Part shown: positions 16,171 through 22,854 of the stretch, piece after piece
Layout of the letters: the number at the start of each line of letters is the position of its first letter
Numbering within the stretch: the stretch's first letter is position 1
Assembly (NCBI RefSeq): GCF_008065095.1
Contig: NZ_CP042911.1
Location: 6,870,001 to 6,902,000, forward strand
Origin: Gemmata obscuriglobus
GTDB lineage: Bacteria; Planctomycetota; Planctomycetia; Gemmatales; Gemmataceae
Reading direction: 5' to 3'
Length of the DNA stretch: 32,000 nucleotides
Notes under the pieces: model-generated
Told to the model about the DNA's origin: nothing
Seen by the model: only the letters and a program-made list of their open reading frames with translations
The model's database searches: none
Made by a program: the position numbers and the translations under genes

Positions 16171-18183
16171 TCAGAAGTCGCTGAACCCGTCGCCGCCCAT
16201 GGCGTCCAGCTCGTGCCCGCCGCCGCCCCCGTTGCCGTTGGTGCTCCGCTTGAGCGCCTTGGCCACCGCCGGCCGCGGCTTCGGCCCCGCCGCCCGCTTC
16301 GCCGGCCGCGCCGCCCGGGCGTGCCCGTCACTGCCCAGCTTGAACCGGGCGACAAGGTCGCGGAGCTGCCCGGCCTGGTCGGTCAGGGTCTGGGCGGTGG
16401 CGCTCATCTCCTCCGTCTGGCTCGCGTTCCGCTGGGTGACGGTGTCCATCTGCGACACCGCCTTGTTCACCTGCTCGATGCCGCTCGACTGCTCGCGGCT
16501 GGCGGCGGCCATCTCGGTCACGATGTCGGTGACCCGCTTCACGCTGGTCACGATCTCGGCGAGGGTGTCGCCCGACTTGTTGACGAGTTCGGTGCCCGCC
16601 TCCACCTTCTTCACGCTGTCGTTGATCAGCCCCTTGATCTCCTTCGCCGCCGTCGCGCTCCGCTGGGCCAGGTTCCGCACCTCGGTGGCCACCACCGCAA
16701 ACCCGCGCCCCTGCTCACCCGCACGGGCCGCTTCCACCGCCGCGTTCAGGGCGAGCAGGTTGGTCTGGAATGCGATCTCGTCGATGGTGGTGATGATGTC
16801 GGCGATCTTCTTGCTGGACGCGTTGATCTCGCTCATGGCCTCGACAGCGCCGCTCACCACGGCGCCGCCCCGCTCGGCCACCTCCTTGGACCCGCTGGCC
16901 AACTGCCGGGCCTGCTGGGCGTTGTCCGCGCTCTGCTTCACTGTGGCGGTGATCTCCTGCAGCGAACTGGCCGTCTCCTCCAGGCTGCTGGCCTGCTCCT
17001 GGGCACCGGACGAGATCTCCTCGCTGGCGCTGGACAACTGGCCGCTCGCGTCGGCCAACTGCTCGGACACCTCGCGCACGCCCTCCATCGCCGTCCGCAC
17101 GCTGAGCACCGCCTCGTTCAGCGACCGCCCCATCTGCCCCATGTCGTCGGTCCCCAGGTCCGGCACCGTGGCGGTGAAGTCGCCCGCCGCCAGCGCCCGG
17201 ATGGTGTCCTGGATGGTGCTCGCCTTGCGCCGCAAATCGGCCGCCGCGACCGCCTCCCGCTCCTGCCGCTCCCGCTCCACCGCGGCCTCCCGCTCCATCC
17301 GCTCCCGCTCGGCCGCGGCCTCCCGATCGGCTCGCTCCTTGTCCCGCACCACTGCCGCCCGCTCGGCCTCCTTGGCCGCGGTCAGGCCGTCGATGGCCAC
17401 GTTCAGCGCGGTCCCCAGTTGTGCCATCTCGTCCTCCGACTTCACTTCCACCTTGCGGCTCAGGTCCCCCCTCGTCACGCCCTCGAGCACGGATATGGTC
17501 GCGGTGAGCGGGCGCACCACCGACGCGGTCAGCAGCAGCCCCAGCCCGACCGCGGCCAGCACCGCCCCGATGCTCACCGCCCACATGGTCCGCCGGCCCT
17601 GGTCGAACACCTCGTTGGCCTTGGCGTTCTCCTCCTTGCTGATCGCCTGCTGCCCGTCCAGCACCGCCACCAGTGCGGCGTTCATCTCGCGCATGACCGG
17701 GTTTTCGCGGGACAGCGCCTTCTCGGCCTTATCGAACTCGCGGCGGTCGATCAGCGCACAGATCTCGTCGCTGAGCCGCTTCCACTCGGCGAACTTCGAC
17801 TCGAAAGCCTTCCACAGGACCGCCTCCTTGTCCGTCATCGGCAGGGCGGTGTACGCCTTGGCCTCGTCGTCGGCCACCCGCCGCCCCTGCTCGCACGATG
17901 CCCTGGCCGTGCTCAGATTCGCCTCGTCGCCGCACTTGCCGAACAGGATGGCGCTCCGCTCGGCCCGCTGGACCGTCACGAGGCTGATACCCATTTTGCC
18001 CAGCGACAGGGCCGAGGGGACCAGATTGGTGTTGGCGTTAACCTGGCACTCGCGGACCCCGCCGAGTGCCTCCATGGATTGGTAAGCCAGGAAGGCACAG
18101 GCCCCGGCGATGACCAGGAACCCGCCCACCAGGCGCGGCCCCAGGCGCATCTTCGACAGTGCCGCGAGCATTGAGTCGATCAT
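16171..18183 (-). CDS. Methyl-accepting chemotaxis protein MCP2 (distinct helical sensor, HAMP, Glu/Arg-rich spacer, HAMP-like, signalling domain)
   Basis: 670-aa ORF. The ATG at 18183 is preceded by AGGAGA. Two TM segments ([17 protein letters not shown]; [22 protein letters not shown]). The signalling domain is identical in protein sequence to MCP1 across the hairpin tip. C-terminal tail ends ...GGDGFSDF. Confidence 0.9.
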   Translation of the reverse strand: MIDSMLAALSKMRLGPRLVGGFLVIAGACAFLAYQSMEALGGVRECQVNANTNLVPSALSLGKMGISLVTVQRAERSAILFGKCGDEANLSTARASCEQGRRVADDEAKAYTALPMTDKEAVLWKAFESKFAEWKRLSDEICALIDRREFDKAEKALSRENPVMREMNAALVAVLDGQQAISKEENAKANEVFDQGRRTMWAVSIGAVLAAVGLGLLLTASVVRPLTATISVLEGVTRGDLSRKVEVKSEDEMAQLGTALNVAIDGLTAAKEAERAAVVRDKERADREAAAERERMEREAAVERERQEREAVAAADLRRKASTIQDTIRALAAGDFTATVPDLGTDDMGQMGRSLNEAVLSVRTAMEGVREVSEQLADASGQLSSASEEISSGAQEQASSLEETASSLQEITATVKQSADNAQQARQLASGSKEVAERGGAVVSGAVEAMSEINASSKKIADIITTIDEIAFQTNLLALNAAVEAARAGEQGRGFAVVATEVRNLAQRSATAAKEIKGLINDSVKKVEAGTELVNKSGDTLAEIVTSVKRVTDIVTEMAAASREQSSGIEQVNKAVSQMDTVTQRNASQTEEMSATAQTLTDQAGQLRDLVARFKLGSDGHARAARPAKRAAGPKPRPAVAKALKRSTNGNGGGGGHELDAMGGDGFSDF

Positions 18184-18200
18184 GGGTTATTTCTCCTGCC

Positions 18201-18219
18201 AATTGTGTGGCACACAATT
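18201..18219. promoter_or_regulatory. 19-bp perfect palindrome in the MCP2 5' leader (candidate operator)
   Basis: AATTGTGTG-G-CACACAATT, ending 18 nt upstream of the MCP2 ATG and directly abutting its Shine-Dalgarno sequence. Confidence 0.4.
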
Positions 18220-18264
18220 CCCTTCCCCTCGCGAATGCCGGGGGAGGCGGCAACATCGCCACAC

Positions 18265-18434
18265 GTCAGGCATTCCCTTACAGTATCGTGGCATATTTTT
18301 TGAAATGTGTCATCTCGGAGAATAAATCGAATGCAAGAATATATAATTGATTAGGGTATAAATGTGCTCTGGATTAAAAAACATGGCGGGCGCATCCGTT
18401 ACGTGATTAAACGAAAGCAGGGCCGGCTCACCAC
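18265..18434 (-). promoter_or_regulatory. Conserved AT-rich upstream element, copy U2 (upstream of MCP2)
   Basis: Collinear with 20692-20862. Shared blocks: GTCAGG, TT(C)CCTTACAGTATCGTG, GAAATGTG, GAATG.AAGA, GGGT.TAAATGTG...TGGATT.AAAA, CGTGATTAAA.CGA, CCGGCTCAC.ACC. It stands out as an AT-rich island in GC-rich DNA. Confidence 0.45.
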
Positions 18435-18693
18435 CGGAGCCGTCTTGGCTGAAACTGAGGTGCCGTCTGTTCGAGCGATCGCGCCGCAGCGATCAGGCGC
18501 GGCTGGTCGTACCGCTCGGAAGGGGGGAAGCGCTTTGTAGCCGAGTGCTCTCGGCGAGCTTCAGGCCCCCAATTGGATCGGGGTTTCATTTCCCTGACAT
18601 GTCGGGCGGCGGCGCGCGTACGTGGTGTGCTCGGTGGGAACGAGAACCGCTCTCGGGGCGCTTCTCGTTCGATCGGCCGGCTCGGCTCGTGGG

Positions 18694-19812
18694 GCACTCG
18701 CGTTCAGAAGTCGCTGAACCCGTCGCCGCCCATGGCGTCCAGTTCGTGCCCGCCGCCGCTGCCGGTGGCGCTCCGCTTGAGTGCCTTGGCCACCGCCGGC
18801 CGCGGCTTCGGCCCCGCCGCCCGCTTCGTCGGCCGCACCGCACCGCCCGAGCCGCCGCCCAGTTTGAACCGGGCGACGAGGTCGCGGAGCTGCCCGGCCT
18901 GGTCGGTCAGCGCCTGCGCGGTGGCACTCATCTCCTCGGTCTGCGACGCGTTCCGCTCGACTGCTCGCGGCTGGCGGCGGCCATCTCGGTCACGATGTCG
19001 GTGACCCGCTTCACGCTGGTCACGATCTCGGCGAGGGTGTCGCCCGACTTGTTGACGAGTTCGGTGCCCGCCTCCACCTTCTTCACGCTGTCGTTGATCA
19101 GCCCCTTGATCTCCTTCGCCGCCGTCGCGCTCCGCTGGGCCAGGTTCCGCACCTCGGTGGCCACCACCGCAAACCCGCGCCCCTGCTCACCCGCACGGGC
19201 CGCTTCCACCGCCGCGTTCAGGGCGAGCAGGTTGGTCTGGAATGCGATCTCGTCGATGGTGGTGATGATGTCGGCGATCTTCTTGCTGGACGCGTTGATC
19301 TCGCTCATGGCCTCGACAGCGCCGCTCACCACGGCGCCGCCCCGCTCGGCCACCTCCTTGGACCCGCTGGCCAACTGCCGGGCCTGCTGGGCGTTGTCCG
19401 CGCTCTGCTTCACTGTGGCGGTGATCTCCTGCAGCGAACTGGCCGTCTCCTCCAGGCTGCTGGCCTGCTCCTGGGCACCGGACGAGATCTCCTCGCTGGC
19501 GCTGGACAACTGGCCGCTCGCGTCGGCCAACTGCTCGGACACCTCGCGCACGCCCTCCATCGCCGTCCGCACGCTGAGCACCGCCTCGTTCAGCGACCGC
19601 CCCATCTGCCCCATGTCGTCGGTCCCCAGGTCCGGCACCGTGGCGGTGAAGTCGCCCGCCGCCAGCGCCCGGATGGTGTCCTGGATGGTGCTCGCCTTGC
19701 GCCGCAAATCGGCCGCCGCGACCGCCTCCCGCTCCTGCCGCTCCCGCTCCACCGCGGCCTCCCGCTCCATCCGCTCCCGCTCGGCCGCGGCCTCCCGATC
19801 GGCTCGCTCCCT
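18694..19812 (-). repeat. Segmental repeat copy 3 (3' half of MCP gene only, no STAS gene)
   Basis: 18958-19810 matches 16486-17338 with no mismatch seen. The 3' tail (18694-18957) is mosaic between the copy-1-like and copy-2-like sequences. Confidence 0.85.
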
Positions 19813-20588
19813 GTCCCGCTCGGCCTGCTCGCGTTCGGCCTCCTTGGCGGCCCGGATCGACTCGGTGGCCGTGTTCAGTGCGGCCGCCAGGCGCCCGAGT
19901 TCGTCCCGGGTATCGATCTCGGCCCGCTGGGACAGGTCGCCCTTCGCGGTGCGTTCCAGCACCTCGACACAGCGGTTCAGCGGCAGGGTGATCATGCGCG
20001 CGATCATCAAGCCCAAGGCCACCCCGCCGATACAGCCGACGATCGTCAGCGTCATCATCGTTTGGCGCGCGGACCGGTACGTTTCGACGTTTTGACCTGC
20101 ATGGCGGCGACCAGCTTGCCGGCCCCGCTGATACTGGTTTCCAGTACCGCGAGCGCCTCGTCGATCTTACCCGCCTCGGCCAAATCGTTCGCCTGCCCGA
20201 GGCGGGTGACCCACTCCGGAAGATGGTCCCGGGTTTCGGCCAGCTTCTGCTTGGCCTCGGGCGTCACGAAGTACTGGTCCAGTTGGCCGGCCTGGGTCTG
20301 CACGTCACGCAGGTACTGACGCGTCTGGGCGGCCTTCTCGCGGCGGTCCTCGGGGCGCTTGGCGAGGAGGGTCATGCGCACCCCGCGCCCGGCCAGCGCG
20401 ACCTGGGTGCTCAACTCGTCTGCGGCGTGCAGCCCCTTGAGGTGCTTCTCGTACAGCAACTCGGTGTTCCCTGCCATCTCCTTCATCGCGGAGGTCGCCG
20501 TCACACTCACGATCGCCGTCAGCAGGGCCAGCGCGGCGAAGCCGCTGATGAGCTTCGTCATCGTGCCGAGGTTCTGGAACCACTTCAC
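18704..20588 (-). pseudogene. Methyl-accepting chemotaxis protein MCP3, disrupted (frameshift + 52-bp deletion)
   Basis: Three consecutive ORF pieces: 20055-20594, 18928-20058 and 18704-18931.
- Likely start is GTG 20588 (MKWFQNLGTMTKLISGF) after AGGAG.
- Frame change between ...LVAAMQ and [19 protein letters not shown], at or near a T4 run at 20090-20093.
- 52 bp encoding [12 protein letters not shown](T/S)VTQR are missing at 18953-18957, between CCGCT microhomologies. Confidence 0.8.
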
Positions 20589-20691
20589 GGACAACTCCTA
20601 TGTGCGAACGGGGAGGCTTGGGTCGAGTGCGATTGATACGGCGAGCCGGACCCGCTCGCCGCTCGGCGCGCGGGTGACAACGTTTCCCTGT

Positions 20692-20862
20692 GTCAGGGCG
20701 TTTCCTTACAGTATCGTGAGGCTTCTTCGAAATGTGCTATCGAAGTCAAAAGTTGAATGAAAGAGAGTGCAAGTGTTATGGGTGTAAATGTGTCATGGAT
20801 TGAAAATTGTAACGGCAACCTGCGATGCGTGATTAAAACGAGGACGGGACCGGCTCACTACC
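20692..20862 (-). promoter_or_regulatory. Conserved AT-rich upstream element, copy U3 (upstream of the MCP3 pseudogene)
   Basis: Same ordered blocks and almost the same length (about 167-171 bp) as 18265-18434. Its proximal end lies about 100 nt upstream of the MCP3 start. Confidence 0.45.
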
Positions 20863-20947
20863 CCGCTAGCTTATCGGCTTGACAGTTGGTGCGGCGTGAC
20901 GAAGCGGGCCGGCGATTAAAGTGAGTCGGTGCTGGGGGCCGACGCGG

Positions 20948-21139
20948 CTATACGGCGGGGCGCTTGAACACGAGCAGGATCACGTCCTGTTGCGCTTCAA
21001 GGTTGTGGTACAGGGTCGTGGAAACCAGTTCCCACCCGTCGGCGCCGAGCTGGTTGAGGGCGGTTTCGAGGTCGCCCGCGCCGGACTCGTCGCCCAGCCC
21101 GCTGGTGATGAACTGGGCGGTCGTGTACTGCCACTTCAT
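20948..21139 (-). CDS. DUF4177-like small protein
   Basis: MKWQYTTAQFITSGL...DLETALNQLGADGWELVSTT...QDVILLVFKRP matches the DUF4177 pattern (MKWEY ... LN.LG.EGWELV). Start taken at ATG 21139; the ORF is open to 21232. Confidence 0.65.
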   Translation of the reverse strand: MKWQYTTAQFITSGLGDESGAGDLETALNQLGADGWELVSTTLYHNLEAQQDVILLVFKRPAV

Positions 21140-21248
21140 AGGACTGATGTTCGGCGTTCGGTATCGGGTGTTTGAAGCCGTGCGTCCCACCGGGCCGCGG
21201 CCCGGACGGGCGAAATGCAACGCATGTGACACCAGACACCGAGTGTGA

Positions 21249-21950
21249 TTACTCGACCGGGTACAGCATCTTACCGCAGCTCCCGCAGGTCCGGAACGTG
21301 CCCTGGGTGAGTTCCAGGAACTGTCCCTCGGTGATGCTGAGCCGGCACCCCTGGCACACGCGGGCCTTGGCCGCGGCGAATGCGTCCGCCCCCTTCACCT
21401 TGACGATCGAGTCGTAGGTCTTTTTGACGTTCGGGGGGAGCGTTGCTTCGATCTTTGCCAGCTCTGCGGTACACGCGATCTGGTCCGCCTTCATCCCTGC
21501 GATCCGCTCCGCGGCCTCGAGCTGGAGCTGCTTGAAGTCGGCCTGAGCCTGTGCCCAGGCCTGCTCGACGGCGGGGACCGCGGCGGTCTTCTCTTCGAGT
21601 TCGGTGATGGTCGCGAGGATCGCGTCTTCGAGTTCGCCCTTCTTGGTGCGGGCCATCTCGATCTCGTGCTGCTTCGCGGTGTACTCCTTCTGGACCGTCA
21701 GCCCGGGCAGTTGCTCCTCGATTTTGGTGAGCCGGGCCTCGGTCTGTTTGAGCGCCCCCTCGTCCTCGCGCTGCTTGAGCTTCAGCTTGGTGATGCCGTC
21801 GTGGTGGTCCTTGTGGGCCTGGCGCGCGGCGTCGAGGTCGTCCTGGTAGCCCTTGAGGACGCGCGGCCCGCGGTCGATCTCGGCCTGGAGGTTGCGAAGG
21901 TGAACGCGGAGCCGGTGGCACTCACGTAGCGCGGAAGTAACGGACGACAT
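21249..21950 (-). CDS. COG1579-type coiled-coil protein with C-terminal C4 zinc ribbon
   Basis: Long heptad-rich N-terminal region, then CQGCRLSI...TCGSCGKMLY (CxxC...CxxC). The ATG at 21950 is preceded by AGGGGA. Confidence 0.8.
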   Translation of the reverse strand: MSSVTSALRECHRLRVHLRNLQAEIDRGPRVLKGYQDDLDAARQAHKDHHDGITKLKLKQREDEGALKQTEARLTKIEEQLPGLTVQKEYTAKQHEIEMARTKKGELEDAILATITELEEKTAAVPAVEQAWAQAQADFKQLQLEAAERIAGMKADQIACTAELAKIEATLPPNVKKTYDSIVKVKGADAFAAAKARVCQGCRLSITEGQFLELTQGTFRTCGSCGKMLYPVE

Positions 21951-22008
21951 GCGAATCCCCTTTAGGGGCATTGTATGGCCGGGCGGGCAACGAGCTTGTG
22001 TCGGAGGG

Positions 22009-22284
22009 TTACGCCGCGCCGAGCCGCCGCGCGACTTGGTCGATCTCGCGCTTGAGGTGCGCGAGGGAGGCGGCCTGCCCCGGCGTGTTCAGCGATTCGG
22101 TAGCCTGCTCGACCAGCGTTCGCAGTTCGGCGCACAGATGAGCGAGTTGGGCTTCTGCGCTCGCGTGTGGCCCGCTCGCCGAGGCCCGTACATCTGGAGA
22201 CAGCACCACGTCGCCGCTCTCCAATCCGCGGAGCAGTTCCGCGGCGAGTGACTCGGGGGTCACACGGCGCCCGAATACGCCCAT
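22009..22284 (-). CDS. Hypothetical small protein (91 aa), overlapping the upstream gene by 25 nt
   Basis: The ATG at 22284 is preceded by GAGGAGA located inside the 3' end of the 22260-22625 gene. High third-position GC. No recognisable domain. Confidence 0.5.
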   Translation of the reverse strand: MGVFGRRVTPESLAAELLRGLESGDVVLSPDVRASASGPHASAEAQLAHLCAELRTLVEQATESLNTPGQAASLAHLKREIDQVARRLGAA

Positions 22285-22625
22285 TGTGGTTTCTCCTCGT
22301 TCCCGGCCCCCGCGACCTCGCGGAGCATCTCGAGCATCTCGGCCGGAGTTTTCGCTTTCGCCAGCGCCATTTCGTACATGCGCGTTCGTATCAGGTCGCG
22401 ACGAACGCCGTCCGCGTAGCGCAGGGCCGGCCAGAACAGCCCGGTGAACAAGCTCCCGTCGAGTGCCAGCAGACCGGACTCGCGCACCACCCCGACGATG
22501 AGAACGATGGACCCCAATGCGATGAAGAAGAGAACCAGCGCGTAACACAGCCGTTCCCACCGCCGACCTTCGCCGATCGCTTGATCGATTACCTCTTGCA
22601 CGGATCGACGGGGCACCTTTGCCAC
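22260..22625 (-). CDS. Hypothetical membrane protein (121 aa)
   Basis: GTG start after GAGGGC. Two hydrophobic segments (LCYALVLFFIALGSIVLIVGVV; GSLFTGLFWPAL). High third-position GC. Confidence 0.55.
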   Translation of the reverse strand: MAKVPRRSVQEVIDQAIGEGRRWERLCYALVLFFIALGSIVLIVGVVRESGLLALDGSLFTGLFWPALRYADGVRRDLIRTRMYEMALAKAKTPAEMLEMLREVAGAGNEEKPQWAYSGAV

Positions 22626-22683
22626 GGCCGCCCTCGAAACATTGTAACAGGAGCCCGGCGCCCCGAAACGCGAGCGGGGGCAT

Positions 22684-22703
22684 TCGCCCCCGCGTACAGG
22701 CTA
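22684..22703 (-). terminator. GC hairpin downstream of rpoD
   Basis: On the minus strand: GCGGGGGC-gaat-GCCCCCGC followed by TCGCGTTTCGG. Confidence 0.4.
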
Positions 22704-22735
22704 GGGGCATTGTAGAGCGGCAGAGGCCGAAGAGT

Positions 22736-22840
22736 ATTCACCGCAGAGGGCACGAGAGGGCGCAGAGGAAGACCGAGAGAGCGTGAGGATGGCTCTGCTC
22801 TCTCGGTCCTCTGCGCCCTCTCGTGCCCTCTGCGGTAAAT
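22736..22840. repeat. Palindromic REP-like element, family 1, copy A
   Basis: Perfect 29-bp arms ACCGCAGAGGGCACGAGAGGGCGCAGAGG (22740-22768) / reverse complement (22808-22836), plus an inner 11-bp stem (22772-22782 / 22797-22807) and a 14-nt loop. Ends 15 nt from the rpoD stop. Confidence 0.85.
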
Positions 22841-22854
22841 ACCCCTTAATTCCC

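Larger units (their letters stand above)
15645..17245 (-). repeat. Segmental repeat copy 2 (downstream tail + STAS-like gene + 3' half of MCP gene)
   Basis: Collinear with 11498-12970. In addition, 16486-17338 appears identical to 18958-19810 (offset 2472; no mismatch seen by eye). Confidence 0.85.

Noticed and set aside
11869-20095. Long plus-strand ORFs antisense to the MCP genes (11869-12915, 12185-13243, 16129-18174, 16199-18085, 18545-20095).
   Set aside because: They mirror the MCP coding strand and repeat only because the MCP DNA is repeated. Their low-complexity Leu/Arg/Ser/Ala translations show no motifs, whereas the minus-strand frames show canonical MCP signatures.
20055-20095. 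Programmed -1 ribosomal frameshift joining the two MCP3 ORFs.
   Set aside because: There is no canonical X XXY YYZ slippery heptamer or downstream structure. The same gene also carries an out-of-frame 52-bp deletion, so simple inactivation (or a homopolymer sequencing error) is more parsimonious.
11016-20900. tRNA-Arg-anchored genomic island (integrative element) containing the MCP array.
   Set aside because: I saw no integrase gene and no direct repeat of the tRNA 3' end at a distal boundary. The region looks like local duplication plus IS activity rather than a discrete integrated element. It is kept only as a 'variable region edge' observation.
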